The notes under the pieces: generated by a model | Seen by the model: the letters and a program-made list of their open reading frames with translations, nothing else | What the model was told of the DNA's origin: nothing | The model's database searches: none | Shown here: one piece after another, positions 39,967 through 50,210 of the stretch | Layout: every line of letters starts with the position of its first letter | How positions within the stretch are numbered: position 1 is the stretch's first letter | Source of the DNA: a virus | Taxonomy: Duplodnaviria > Caudoviricetes | Virus record (IMG/VR): IMGVR_UViG_3300036884_000169 | Coordinates: 1-63,048 of that record | Length of the DNA: 63,048 bases | Direction: 5' to 3' (one strand) | Made by a program: the position numbers and the translations under genes

Positions 39967-39988
39967 CGTACCCTATAAGGAGTTACTT

Positions 39989-40684
39989 ATGAAAGTTTCT
40001 ATCGACATTGTGTACCTGGTACTGGCTGCGTTCGCCGTGATCGGGTTTATTACTTGGCTGAAAAACCTGTACAGCTCCATCAAGACCAAGACCTGGGCCG
40101 CCGTCGGCTACTCGTTTTTGGTGCTGGGGTCCGCGATCCTGATCGCCTTTGCCGGTGGGGGCGAATGGTCACAGATTGCGACCACGGCGTTCATCGTACT
40201 GGCCTTGGTTGAGCTCGGCTACCAGATCATTGTCAAAACCGTGCTCTCTATGGTAACGAAACTGGCCGGTACTGATATGTCTGATGCCGTCAGCGATGCC
40301 CTGGCTGCTGCGGCCAACATAGTCCAAGGTGCACAAGCAGACAACGCCTCCGCTACCGTAACTGTGGACAAAACTACACCAGGCGGTCCCGTCGCCACTG
40401 CAACCGCTACAGCGGACAAAACTACACCCGGTGAAACGGCCCCCGTCGCAAATACAGTTGTCCGCACTGCCGACAGTCCACCCAATTGGGCACTCGTACC
40501 TGTCAGTGAGCCACCAGTAGAACCTCCTACCGTAGTTTCCTCTCCTATCCAGGAGTACATCCCCACTCCCGAGACAATGGTGGCAACAGTTCACGAATCT
40601 GACCCGAGCCAGCCCCCTGCTGTGCCCCCTGCCCTGGTAAACATCGACCCTGCCGGATTCATTAAGAATCAAGTACCTCAATAA
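39989..40684 (+). CDS. Holin-like protein with three TM segments and a Pro/Thr-rich tail
   Basis: Three hydrophobic helices, AAGGAG RBS, directly upstream of the spanin-like pair. Confidence 0.55.
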   Translation: MKVSIDIVYLVLAAFAVIGFITWLKNLYSSIKTKTWAAVGYSFLVLGSAILIAFAGGGEWSQIATTAFIVLALVELGYQIIVKTVLSMVTKLAGTDMSDAVSDALAAAANIVQGAQADNASATVTVDKTTPGGPVATATATADKTTPGETAPVANTVVRTADSPPNWALVPVSEPPVEPPTVVSSPIQEYIPTPETMVATVHESDPSQPPAVPPALVNIDPAGFIKNQVPQ

Positions 40685-40693
40685 GGAGTTGCA

Positions 40694-41272
40694 ATGTGCA
40701 AAAGTTTTTTTCTGCCCTCTGGGTTAAAATCAAAGCGCTGCCTGTCTGGATTCGTTGGGCTGCTGTTATTGGTTTTGGTATCCTCGTGTGCATCGCTTTC
40801 CTCCCCGGTGTCCTCGGCCTCATCTTCAAAGCTGGTGATGCCCGAAACTCCAAGCGCGACGCAGCCCTCGCCAACACCACTGCCGCAGACCAACGAGCAG
40901 TTGACACAGCAAAACAAGTTGCTACTGCTGCAAGTGCAAGACAAGGACAAGCTGCTGCTGGAATGGACACAGCGCTGGGAGCAGCTCAAGTCGCCGCTCA
41001 AGGACTTGATAAGCAAAGTGACGGACTTGACGACCTTGAACGACGAACAAAAGAAAGCCTCAGCCAATCAGCACCAAGCGGATCAGGCGGTAATTGATGC
41101 CCAGGTCAAGGTGATCGCCGACAAGGACGGGCAGTTTCAACAGGCAAATATAGAACGCGACCTGGCCCGAGCCGAGCGTGATTTTTCCTTGAAGTACACC
41201 TTGACTGCTGCTATACTGTCAGGTGTAGCTGGCTTGGGCCTTGGTGCATTCGCCGGTCACGCGCTGAAATAG
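40694..41272 (+). CDS. Spanin-like lipoprotein with a C-terminal hydrophobic helix
   Basis: Lipobox-like LVLVSS-C, Ser/Pro linker, coiled coil, and a C-terminal AAILSGVAGLGLGAFAG. Confidence 0.6.
   Translation: MCKSFFLPSGLKSKRCLSGFVGLLLLVLVSSCASLSSPVSSASSSKLVMPETPSATQPSPTPLPQTNEQLTQQNKLLLLQVQDKDKLLLEWTQRWEQLKSPLKDLISKVTDLTTLNDEQKKASANQHQADQAVIDAQVKVIADKDGQFQQANIERDLARAERDFSLKYTLTAAILSGVAGLGLGAFAGHALK
40696..41097 (+). CDS. i-spanin-like protein nested in the lipoprotein gene
   Basis: GTG start 7 nt after AAGGAG. N-terminal TM followed by an Ala-rich coiled coil. Confidence 0.6.
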   Translation: MQKFFSALWVKIKALPVWIRWAAVIGFGILVCIAFLPGVLGLIFKAGDARNSKRDAALANTTAADQRAVDTAKQVATAASARQGQAAAGMDTALGAAQVAAQGLDKQSDGLDDLERRTKESLSQSAPSGSGGN

Positions 41273-41286
41273 CAAAGGAGCCTATA

Positions 41287-41715
41287 ATGATTGTGAATAA
41301 AAGTGAGTTCAGTCTGACCTTCGTTGACCAAATCCAGAAGGTCGTGGTTGCGGATTCCATGCTGGCGATTTGCCAGCAGTATGAGAAACCGCTTACCCCC
41401 ATTGCCAGTATTTCGATAGTCCGGGCGAACATCGAAAGCGTTACCCAAGACCCACCTCAGCCGGTGCACTTCACGGTACAAGTCACCCCTGGCCCGGCTG
41501 CGAGTGCCCATTGCTCGGGCACCCCCAATGATTACATTGTCAACGATGGCGATGAAGTCATCTTCCAGGCCATTGCCACCACCGGATTCACGTTCGTGGG
41601 CTGGTACTTGGGTGCGACGCTGCTTTCTTCTTCGGCGATTGCGAAATTGCCGGTGAATGCTCCGACAATTGCAGGTCAGACGGTACAGTTCTTGGCAACG
41701 TTCGTCGCCGTGTGA
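41287..41715 (+). CDS. Protein with an InlB B-repeat/Ig-like domain
   Basis: G.EV...A....GFTFVGWY motif. Confidence 0.65.
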   Translation: MIVNKSEFSLTFVDQIQKVVVADSMLAICQQYEKPLTPIASISIVRANIESVTQDPPQPVHFTVQVTPGPAASAHCSGTPNDYIVNDGDEVIFQAIATTGFTFVGWYLGATLLSSSAIAKLPVNAPTIAGQTVQFLATFVAV

Positions 41716-42193
41716 GCCTCACCTGGGAATAGATAGTAGTCGTAGCGACTGTCACCACCATTGCTGCCAACGCGGCGATTCCGGTGATGGTCGCTATTTC
41801 TTTGTACAGAGGCGACATACCATACACCGTGCTGACGGTGACGATACCAGTCATAACCACAATCCAAATAATTGCGGCAAGTACTATGGCAACTGCCAAC
41901 ATCAGCACCCCCAGCCCGGCCCAGACACCAGCTAAAATCAGTAGGGCGATAAACTTCTTCATTTCGATCCTCCATCTAAAATCTTGCCTGTCTTCAACGC
42001 ATACAAATGGTTTAGGAACAGTTCAAGGTTTGATTTGCCAAGCACAATCACCTGTGGTCGTGGCCCAATCGCAATCTCTATAAATATGAGCAACATTGCC
42101 CCGTAGAAACAAACTACTATCAAGCGCTGCGCTGCGGCACTGAATCTCGCTACCTTCGCCTTGCGCACAGTATGCTTTGATGGCTTGACAAAC

Positions 42194-43567
42194 TCAAGAT
42201 GGACATTCAGTTTCGGCCACACGTTTGTGCCTCCTACGCTTCTCCCGGCTGCGCTCATCGGCAAGCATGAAGCTGATCGTCAGTGCGAACGGGCACATCA
42301 GGTCGTAGAACACTGCCGGGATCACGTACACGATAAACTTCAATGTGTCCACCGGAATCCCAAACAGATTGGCGAACATGCCGAACACGGTGGTGTCTTC
42401 TACCGCCTTTTTAACGGTGTCTTCTACTGACGAAACATCGTTTGACTTATCCATGGCGGCAGCAGCAAATGGAGTGCGCTCTGCCTGGTGTGCGTTCAGT
42501 GCCTTTGTAGCAGCCGATAGTTTGGACCAGTATTGCCATACCAGATCAGCATTTTTGTCTTTGTCTTTTGCTGTTTCGGACTTCCATGCCCGAGTCCACG
42601 AATCAACCGCAGCCTGGTCAGATTTGATAAGCCCGTCAAGCCGCTGTAGCTCACTGGCCACAAACTTCGCCCTGGTTCCAGCCTCCTGTACCTTGGATGA
42701 TGTATCCACCACTTTCACGATCTTGGCCTCATCCCCTGCTTTGAACTGGTCAAAATTAACCTTAATGGTGGAGAACATTGCAAAGAATATGACAATCACG
42801 CCGAACATGGTGAAGGCAGCACCAATACAGTACCCTGGTAGTCTGGACGTAACTGGCCCACCCTTATTTCGGTCAAAGAAATGCCGCGCTGCGGTAAAGG
42901 CAATAGCAGAAAAAAGAGTCATGATAACGCCGGTGACTGCGGCGATCCAAGCGGCACGACCCCCGTCGTGCATGTAGGTGATGATGTGGTACGCGCTCAT
43001 GACCATGGCACCCAGCCCCACCAGGATGATAACGATCAGCATCAGGAGCGGTGAGCTGTGAATCGCTTCTTTTTCTGCTTCTACTTCCCCGGCAGTAATC
43101 GGCTGCGCCTGCACAACTTCAACCGATGCCGGAGGAATCGGGGCAACACTAATAGGAACCGGAGCCGGGGGGGTAACTTCAACCGGCATTGGGGTTGTTA
43201 TCGGTGCCCGTGAAGTCGGCTGTTGCAGCATTTCCGTGAGCGTAGGGGGCGTGGGCCGGGCTGTGTCTGCCATCGGCGGCGGGGCGGACGGTGTAGGGGC
43301 ACTGGCGATAACAGGAACTTCTACTATATCGGGTGTGCCTGATCTGTGTTGCAAGGTGCCGGTCCTGCGCACATGTTCAAAATCAAACCCGGAGTAGCCT
43401 GGCTTTCCTGCCAGCCCTAATACCTGGGCAAGCATAATGCCTTTACGGTCCCACTCATCAAAATCCTGGGCCAGTACCACCACACCACCATGTTTGAAAA
43501 TTACCCGTTCCTTCCCCCGGATATACTCAAGGCCGGTGTTCTTGTACTTTTGTACCTCAATCGCCAT
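42194..43567 (-). CDS. Multi-pass membrane protein with Pro-rich linker and coiled coil
   Basis: Three TM segments, a coiled coil, then a further TM segment. Confidence 0.75.
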   Translation of the reverse strand: MAIEVQKYKNTGLEYIRGKERVIFKHGGVVVLAQDFDEWDRKGIMLAQVLGLAGKPGYSGFDFEHVRRTGTLQHRSGTPDIVEVPVIASAPTPSAPPPMADTARPTPPTLTEMLQQPTSRAPITTPMPVEVTPPAPVPISVAPIPPASVEVVQAQPITAGEVEAEKEAIHSSPLLMLIVIILVGLGAMVMSAYHIITYMHDGGRAAWIAAVTGVIMTLFSAIAFTAARHFFDRNKGGPVTSRLPGYCIGAAFTMFGVIVIFFAMFSTIKVNFDQFKAGDEAKIVKVVDTSSKVQEAGTRAKFVASELQRLDGLIKSDQAAVDSWTRAWKSETAKDKDKNADLVWQYWSKLSAATKALNAHQAERTPFAAAAMDKSNDVSSVEDTVKKAVEDTTVFGMFANLFGIPVDTLKFIVYVIPAVFYDLMCPFALTISFMLADERSREKRRRHKRVAETECPS

Positions 43568-43861
43568 TTATTCTACCAACCATTTGTTAAACTTCTGTGC
43601 GTAGGCTTCGGTATTCTTGTGCTCTTCGGGGGCATTTGCAATGAAAATATCGCTTGGGTCCACACCCAGTTCTATTAGCTCGTCGCGCCACTGCTCACAC
43701 AGGGCATTTGGTGCGATGATGAGCGTAGGCAGCTTCTTGCGCTGCGCAATTATACCCGCAGTCAACGTCTTGCCAAGCCCACAGGCGAAGTTTAAGCAGA
43801 AAAAAACAGTGCCTGAGAAGATGTTGACCGCCTCGGCTTGGTAAGAACGTAGTTGTTTCAT
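43568..43861 (-). CDS. SF2/SNF2 helicase N-terminal fragment (Q motif, motifs I and Ia)
   Basis: LRSYQ, CGLGKT and LIIAPNALCEQW. Has its own AAGGAG RBS. Confidence 0.85.
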   Translation of the reverse strand: MKQLRSYQAEAVNIFSGTVFFCLNFACGLGKTLTAGIIAQRKKLPTLIIAPNALCEQWRDELIELGVDPSDIFIANAPEEHKNTEAYAQKFNKWLVE

Positions 43862-43862
43862 G

Positions 43863-44087
43863 TCACACTCCTTTCAGTTTACGGATGATGTCGGGCGACT
43901 GGCACTCCGGGCACAGGTCTTGCCAGTCATTATCCTTGTCTTTAACGGGTTTCCAGCCGTTTTCCTTCTTGTAGTCGACGGCTTCGTAGAAGGTTTCAAA
44001 CTCTACGTCAACCGCTTCTTCGCAATAATCACAGACAAGACGGTAGTCAGCTGCACTATTTCTTTCAATGCTCATACAGTACCTCAC
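43863..44087 (-). CDS. Small zinc-finger protein
   Basis: CDYC...GW...DLCPEC. Confidence 0.7.
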   Translation of the reverse strand: MRYCMSIERNSAADYRLVCDYCEEAVDVEFETFYEAVDYKKENGWKPVKDKDNDWQDLCPECQSPDIIRKLKGV

Positions 44088-45451
44088 TCAAACATGAATA
44101 GACCTTTCGGATTGGACGAGGAAATCAACTCCTGGCCAACATTCAACGCGCCGATGACGCGCTCTTCGACGGACCCTTTGACATAAATCTGGTAAGCGAA
44201 CTTCGGTGTCATACTCTGGCCGCGCAGTACCCGGTGCTGGGCCTGGTGGTGACGTTCGACGGACGAGTCGTTGCAATACTCGATAACGTAATTGCAGTTC
44301 CGCATACAGTTCAACCCATAGGCAGCAGACGCCTGGTTTGCCAGGAATACCCGAGCTTCGCCGTTTTCATATTTGCTCTCTGCCCCCTTTTTTTCTGCCT
44401 TACTTTCTGACCCGGAATACCGCACATAGGACAACCCCATTGATTCAAGGCGCTGCGCGATGGAATCAAAGGCATTTGTTCGGGAGCAGAAAATAACGAC
44501 TTGGTTCTGTTCGGTGTCAATCTGCTCCAGCCTTTCTTCCAGGGCGTCAAGTTTTGGATTCTCAGGGAGTGCCCGATACGTCACCACATCGACTTCGGTT
44601 TCGACACCCTTCACAATTTTAGGGGTAATCGTCTTGATTGGCTCAAAGCCATTGCAAATATCTTGCAACCGCATAACCAGCTCAAGTGCTGCGGCTTTAC
44701 CAAGAACCAGGCTATCGGTAAAGCCAAGTTCAATCAGCTCATTTGCCAATTTCTTCGCACCTTTGGAAAGAACAACCGACTGCTTGATTGGCTCATAAAT
44801 ATACTTGTCGTAACTAATATCAAACACATCCTTACGTTCAACCGTCATAGTGAAATCTTTCACCCGTTGCATTAGCTCACCCTGGTTAATGAACGGTGTA
44901 TACTTACGGTGCTCCATGATATGTTTGAGTTTCTTTTCATTGATACCGTACTCGTTGGTGATCCTGCACATTGCAGCCTCAAGTTGTAAATCACCCCCCA
45001 ACCTGTCTGCATTAGCCATGCGTTTTCGTACTGCTGCGTAGTCCTTCTGGCTGATGATAACGCGACGTCCCCGCGCAGTGCGTAAGCTCACCATAATACA
45101 ATAATGCTCCGCAAACTCATACATACTTTCAGGAAATAATGTTGGGTCAAGAAACTTGTACTGGTCGATCATATTCATGGGTGACTTCGACTTCAAAGTA
45201 CCGGTAAGAATGGCGCGTGATTCGGTGTACTGGCTAAGTGTTTTTATCAGGCGTGAACGCTGGCTCTTTTTATCTTCACTTACTGCCTGAGTTTGCTTGA
45301 CCCAGGATGATTCGTCGAGCACCGCGAACACGCGATATTTGAAGTAGTTTACGAACATACGCACGACATTAGGTAGGTCTGAAAATGATACGTACTTTTG
45401 GCCCTTCAATGACCCTGAAAAATGCTGTGTTGGTATGATTAAATACTTCAC
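44084..45451 (-). CDS. SF2/SNF2 helicase C-terminal part (motifs II-VI)
   Basis: VLDESS, LTGT, NPKL, VVIF, AYGLN and Q..HR..RGQ. No Walker A. GTG start overlaps the upstream stop codon. Confidence 0.88.
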   Translation of the reverse strand: MKYLIIPTQHFSGSLKGQKYVSFSDLPNVVRMFVNYFKYRVFAVLDESSWVKQTQAVSEDKKSQRSRLIKTLSQYTESRAILTGTLKSKSPMNMIDQYKFLDPTLFPESMYEFAEHYCIMVSLRTARGRRVIISQKDYAAVRKRMANADRLGGDLQLEAAMCRITNEYGINEKKLKHIMEHRKYTPFINQGELMQRVKDFTMTVERKDVFDISYDKYIYEPIKQSVVLSKGAKKLANELIELGFTDSLVLGKAAALELVMRLQDICNGFEPIKTITPKIVKGVETEVDVVTYRALPENPKLDALEERLEQIDTEQNQVVIFCSRTNAFDSIAQRLESMGLSYVRYSGSESKAEKKGAESKYENGEARVFLANQASAAYGLNCMRNCNYVIEYCNDSSVERHHQAQHRVLRGQSMTPKFAYQIYVKGSVEERVIGALNVGQELISSSNPKGLFMFE

Positions 45452-45849
45452 TCGCCGACCTCCGGTAATTTCATGCTCAGTGACTTTGCAGCTACCACGT
45501 CTTGCCAGCCAATACACACGATACGATTGTACCGACTATCCCAAACGTAAATGTCGATGAAGTAGCCCTTTGGCCCGTAGGTCCGGTAGAACAGAGGCTG
45601 TGATTTCTTAAACTTGATGATACCATCTTTATCACCAATCTTGAACTCGACCCAGTAGACCGGCCCGACCGTGGACACACGCATGGCGTCGGGCATTCCT
45701 GGCACTGTTTCTTCGGTTTCCAACAGAAACCAATCACATTTTGGCTGCAAAAGGGATAGCCGTTTCACGCAGGCTCCTTTGAACTCTGCCTCATCACGGA
45801 ATGGCCCACTCACCAGATTACCGATGGTGAAGTTCAGTATTTTACTCAT
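45448..45849 (-). CDS. VRR-NUC/PD-(D/E)XK resolvase-like nuclease
   Basis: E....GMPD....WVEFK....Q. Confidence 0.8.
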   Translation of the reverse strand: MSKILNFTIGNLVSGPFRDEAEFKGACVKRLSLLQPKCDWFLLETEETVPGMPDAMRVSTVGPVYWVEFKIGDKDGIIKFKKSQPLFYRTYGPKGYFIDIYVWDSRYNRIVCIGWQDVVAAKSLSMKLPEVGE

Positions 45850-45851
45850 TG

Positions 45852-46193
45852 CTACCTCCTGGGGTCTTCGGCAAATAATGGGAGCTGTTTGAGCCGTTCA
45901 GCATCTTCCACTGTATTAGGCAATGGCGCAGGCGTTTTTCGTCTTTTATTCATCCCATTATGACAAATAATTGCCCGTTCAATTGCCTGTACAGCTTCTT
46001 GCAAATCAGCCTGGTAGTCGCCTTTCCCGCGCTGACCGGGCATCAATAACTTCTTGATAGCATGTTGCAGCCCCGGCTCTACCACGTCGAATGCTGACAG
46101 TACCGAGTAGACATCGACAAGCCCTATGTCATTGCCGTCGATGTCTTTGATAGGCTTTTGGTACTTGTTGGCTGTTTTATTTTCTGAAATCAT
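45852..46193 (-). CDS. Conserved phage protein (DUF3310-related)
   Basis: DVY.VL.AF.V..P.LQHAIKKLL.PG.RG..D...DL.EA. Confidence 0.65.
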   Translation of the reverse strand: MISENKTANKYQKPIKDIDGNDIGLVDVYSVLSAFDVVEPGLQHAIKKLLMPGQRGKGDYQADLQEAVQAIERAIICHNGMNKRRKTPAPLPNTVEDAERLKQLPLFAEDPRR

Positions 46194-48400
46194 TCGTCTT
46201 CTCCTTCTTCTTCGGTGTCATCTTCGTCGCCCAATGCGTCGAAGTCGATTTCGTCCTCATCGTCGTCGGTACTGGTAGTTTTCGCTGCATTACCAGCCAG
46301 CAGCTCATGCCCGACTCGTTCCAACAATTCCTGTACCGTCTCATCAAAGGCACCGTCTGTCTTGTGCTGCCCTTCGGCACTTGCCCAGGAATGACCCACT
46401 TCCGGGTCAGCATTGATCGGGATAGAAAGCTCTACGGCAGAACAGAAAAAAGTTTGCAATATCAATACCGCAGCGAATCCCTGCGGCGTTATCGGCACTG
46501 AGAATCCGCCCTCGTCATGCACGGTCAATAGAAGGGTGACGATATTGGCAATGTCGGATTCGGCGTATTTGATGAGTGCCAGTTTCATCATGTCGGAAGC
46601 GGACCCTTGGATTAGGTAGTTGTAGAACTTATAGGCGCCCCGGTCATTGCCTTCACGCAAATGGATGCGGCGACCGATGATGGTTTTGATGTACCGGCGC
46701 TGTTTTCCCCGGTAGGCGTTCTTGCCCAGTAGCATGTCCTGGATCGCATCCATAGTTTCCCGGACCCAGGGGGCGGCGTCATTGATGGCGTTGGTCAGCT
46801 CTTCGGCAAAATCTTTATCCCATCCGAACTGTTCACACATGGTCTGCAACTGCATACCATAGGCGACCCCGAAACGCACACTCTTCGCATATTTACGCCC
46901 AGCCTTTGGCCCGTGCTGCTCAATCAGCCCGGAGCGCTCACCGACGAACTGGTGCTCGTCCAGGCGCGGATTAGCCATGTACATGGACCGGATCAGTTTA
47001 CCCCCAGCCCCTACCGCAAAATGCGCTTGCAGTACATTTTCCTGGCCCGAGAAGTCAAGCTTGACGAACATTTGCCCACGGTCGGCAACGAAAACCTCCC
47101 GGCACATAAATGCCAAGTCTAATTCTTTTTCTGTTCCTTCAAATAATTTTGTTTTAGATGGTATATTTTGCAGGTTTGGTTTGCTTGCGGACATACGACC
47201 TGTCTGCCGCGCACCTACGGTGTCGAAATTGCTATGCAGCCGCCAGTCTCCAACTGTATCTTGCACCAGAAATCTACCGAAATTGGGACCGAGAAACTTG
47301 GTGACTATGTTGGTAACTTGCTTGAACTCTACGATGTCTGCGGCTACTTGGTGGGTGGCCTTGACTGCGGCGAATGCGAACTTGCCGACCGACGGATTAT
47401 TCGTAATCTGATAACCCATGCTGGATGCTTGTAGCGCAGTACGTGCAGCGTATTGCTTTGGCACCATGAGCACGATCTTGTTTTTGACGACACGGATATT
47501 TGGGAAACTTTCTTTTAGGCGTTTACGCTGATCCCATACCTCATCGCCCTTGAACCAGTCGTTCGCACTAAACTTTCGGCCTTCGGGTGCCCAACCTTTG
47601 AATACCAGTTTATGTTTGTACGGCACTTCAAACTTGTCGAAAAGAGCCGCAACCTGCTTCGGGGAGTTGATATTGACTTCACCATATTTAGATACAAAGT
47701 CTTCGTGCAAATCTTTGTAGGCAGCACTGGCTATTGCACAATTCTCTTGCCACTTCTCGTAGTCGATACGCACACCATGCTGTTTCATGGCCTGTGTTAT
47801 GCGCACCATTTTCATGTTCATGATGAAGGCATCCATCAAACCCTGCTCTTCCAGGATCGGGTGCTGCTTTTCCCAGATGCGCACCGGCTGGTCGGCATCC
47901 GAAATTACGTAGGCCCGAATCTCGTCCTTGTAGGAAACCTTGTCCGGCGTTTCTCCGTACCACAGTGCTTTTAGGTGCTTTCGGAAGTCGCCCTTTAGCC
48001 CATATTGCAGCGCGATACCTGCCAGGTCTTCGCTGCCTTTGCGCTCGCGCAGGTATTTTTGCGCCAGTGCATCTAAGGAGAAGGGTTGATACTCGTCAAT
48101 CAAACTTTCGGCAATGGCCACGTCGATCAGTCCGCACCGGGTATCCTTGATTTTAAGTTTGTGCGCGTAGCACAGCCACCCCAGATCGTAGCCGATATTC
48201 GCACCCACAATAGTGGTAGCAGAAGAAAAAAGTATGTCATGCACGGTGTCTCCACCCGCACCATTCAAAGCTCTTTTTTTCTGTTTCTGCGCATCGTAGA
48301 TACCAGTGACCAGGACTTCCCCCTGGCTGTATACCCAGGACGGGCCTTGATCGGTGAGTAGCGGGTCGTGGCTTTCAATATCAAGGCCGAAGTATTTCAT
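46190..48400 (-). CDS. DNA polymerase, family A, with 3'-5' exonuclease
   Basis: Exonuclease motifs LDIES, N..YDL and Y..SD. Polymerase motifs TGRMS...PNLQNIP, DFSGQE, K...FG..YG, NYLIQGSASD and VHDE. Confidence 0.95.
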   Translation of the reverse strand: MKYFGLDIESHDPLLTDQGPSWVYSQGEVLVTGIYDAQKQKKRALNGAGGDTVHDILFSSATTIVGANIGYDLGWLCYAHKLKIKDTRCGLIDVAIAESLIDEYQPFSLDALAQKYLRERKGSEDLAGIALQYGLKGDFRKHLKALWYGETPDKVSYKDEIRAYVISDADQPVRIWEKQHPILEEQGLMDAFIMNMKMVRITQAMKQHGVRIDYEKWQENCAIASAAYKDLHEDFVSKYGEVNINSPKQVAALFDKFEVPYKHKLVFKGWAPEGRKFSANDWFKGDEVWDQRKRLKESFPNIRVVKNKIVLMVPKQYAARTALQASSMGYQITNNPSVGKFAFAAVKATHQVAADIVEFKQVTNIVTKFLGPNFGRFLVQDTVGDWRLHSNFDTVGARQTGRMSASKPNLQNIPSKTKLFEGTEKELDLAFMCREVFVADRGQMFVKLDFSGQENVLQAHFAVGAGGKLIRSMYMANPRLDEHQFVGERSGLIEQHGPKAGRKYAKSVRFGVAYGMQLQTMCEQFGWDKDFAEELTNAINDAAPWVRETMDAIQDMLLGKNAYRGKQRRYIKTIIGRRIHLREGNDRGAYKFYNYLIQGSASDMMKLALIKYAESDIANIVTLLLTVHDEGGFSVPITPQGFAAVLILQTFFCSAVELSIPINADPEVGHSWASAEGQHKTDGAFDETVQELLERVGHELLAGNAAKTTSTDDDEDEIDFDALGDEDDTEEEGEDE

Positions 48401-48707
48401 TTTGCCGATTCTCCTTGGCCACAGTAATGGTCTTTGTCGTCTACTTTCACCCATTGTGGGCTTAGTGTGCAGTACCGTATCTCTACTACCCTACTATATA
48501 TAGAGAGGTCGGGCAGCTCTTGAGCCTTTTCACATTTGCAGTAAATACAGTTAGTACAGTGCGTGAAGAACCGCTTCATCGTTTACTCCTTTTAGCCACC
48601 CACACCTGGTAACGTTTTGAACTTGACCACAGCACATTTCGGATCGGAAATACACCGAAGCACATACCGAATACAAACGAAATACCAACCAGAATCAATG
48701 TTTCCAT

Positions 48708-50210
48708 TTAGTCCTCCACCATGTCCCATACCAGCTCGATGATGTTGTCCATACCATACCGGCTTTGGCTCGGTATCAGGTATAGGCCAATACATGGCCT
48801 GGTACACGCCACATATAACACCCGTAACTCGCTATCCAAATCCAGCATGGTATTCTCGCTTACCAACTTGGTTGAATCCATGAATACTGCACAGTAATCG
48901 CATTCACCACCTTTTACTTTATGGGTGGTTGCCAGCAAAACATATGGTTGTGCTTTGCTCATGCGTTCTATCTCGTCGATACCATACTTATTTACATAAT
49001 CAAAACAGACATACTTGTGGTTAGACGGTACAAGCTCACTCTCGGTAAAATCGTCGTTGATGTCCTGAATACCGTACTGGTGCATGAAATGCTGTTTGGC
49101 TTCCGGTGATCCATACCCTTCTTTCCGGTAGGCGTAAAAGCGTTTGATCTTTGCAATATCGCGCTCATGAATAACGAAACCCTTTGATGTGTGGTACGGC
49201 ACGGTGAACGCTTCAAGGGTGCTCGCAATATCTGCGATGAAATGGTTTGCCCGAAACAGTAAATACCACCGATTAGGAATATACCCTGAATCTTCCAGGT
49301 CTTTGCGCATAATACGCGCCAGTATCCCATGGTCAGATATTGTTTTTACAAACCCCTCCACATTCTTGGCTGGCACATAATCCTTTTCTACTTTATTCTG
49401 TATGAGCTTTGTAATCCCCCGCGCAAAACGGTACACGGCATGGGGTAGTCGGTATGACTTTTCAAGCTTAATAGTTTTGTATTTACTTGCAAGATGAATC
49501 AATGTTTCTGGCGACGCACCACTATAAGAAAAAAGTGCTTGAAAATCATCACCGGCTATACGTATTTTCTCAGCATTTTGGGAAGCAATTTCTACGACTT
49601 CCCAGTGTGTATGTGTTAAGTCTTGCGCTTCATCAACCATGAATACCTTAACACCAATGGGCAGCCCTCGTTCCTTGAAACGTAAAAGGCAGTCATAAAA
49701 ATCAACCAGATCGTTCGCAGCCTTGAACGCTTCATAGGCACTAATGAGACGTGCATAATGATCCTCGTCATAGCTGCTATGGATGAATACACCCTTGTCA
49801 CCGCCGCTGCGCAGCGCATCATACCGCTGTAGCATTTTATCGTCGTCGGTTTGATTGTCGAAGGTGTGCGCAAGGTTTACATGAAATCCTAACAGGTCAT
49901 TGAACTTAGCCATGTCAGTACGTTCCATAATATTCTTGTGCTTCAATCCCGATTCGTGAAAGCACAGGCGGTGCAGTGTCTGAAAGTACGGCAGATCGTC
50001 AGGAGTTAGGTGCGGGTTTGCCTGGATCGCTCGTTCGATTCCGTTCATCACACCCTTACGGGTAAAAGTCACGAAGGCGATTTCGTCAGGCCGGTACACC
50101 TCCAGAAACCCCGGCAGCTCTTCCATCATGGCGTGAGTCTTACCAGCCCCAGCGCCAGCGAAGTATATCTGCACGTCCTCTGTCGAGAACTTTACGTCAA
50201 GTGCTTTCAC
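48708..50210 (-). CDS. UvrD/Rep-like SF1 helicase
   Basis: GAGAGKT, TFT, TLH, VDEAQD, GDDFQ, L..SYR, T.H..KG.E and YVA.TR motifs. Confidence 0.93.
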   Translation of the reverse strand: MKALDVKFSTEDVQIYFAGAGAGKTHAMMEELPGFLEVYRPDEIAFVTFTRKGVMNGIERAIQANPHLTPDDLPYFQTLHRLCFHESGLKHKNIMERTDMAKFNDLLGFHVNLAHTFDNQTDDDKMLQRYDALRSGGDKGVFIHSSYDEDHYARLISAYEAFKAANDLVDFYDCLLRFKERGLPIGVKVFMVDEAQDLTHTHWEVVEIASQNAEKIRIAGDDFQALFSYSGASPETLIHLASKYKTIKLEKSYRLPHAVYRFARGITKLIQNKVEKDYVPAKNVEGFVKTISDHGILARIMRKDLEDSGYIPNRWYLLFRANHFIADIASTLEAFTVPYHTSKGFVIHERDIAKIKRFYAYRKEGYGSPEAKQHFMHQYGIQDINDDFTESELVPSNHKYVCFDYVNKYGIDEIERMSKAQPYVLLATTHKVKGGECDYCAVFMDSTKLVSENTMLDLDSELRVLYVACTRPCIGLYLIPSQSRYGMDNIIELVWDMVED

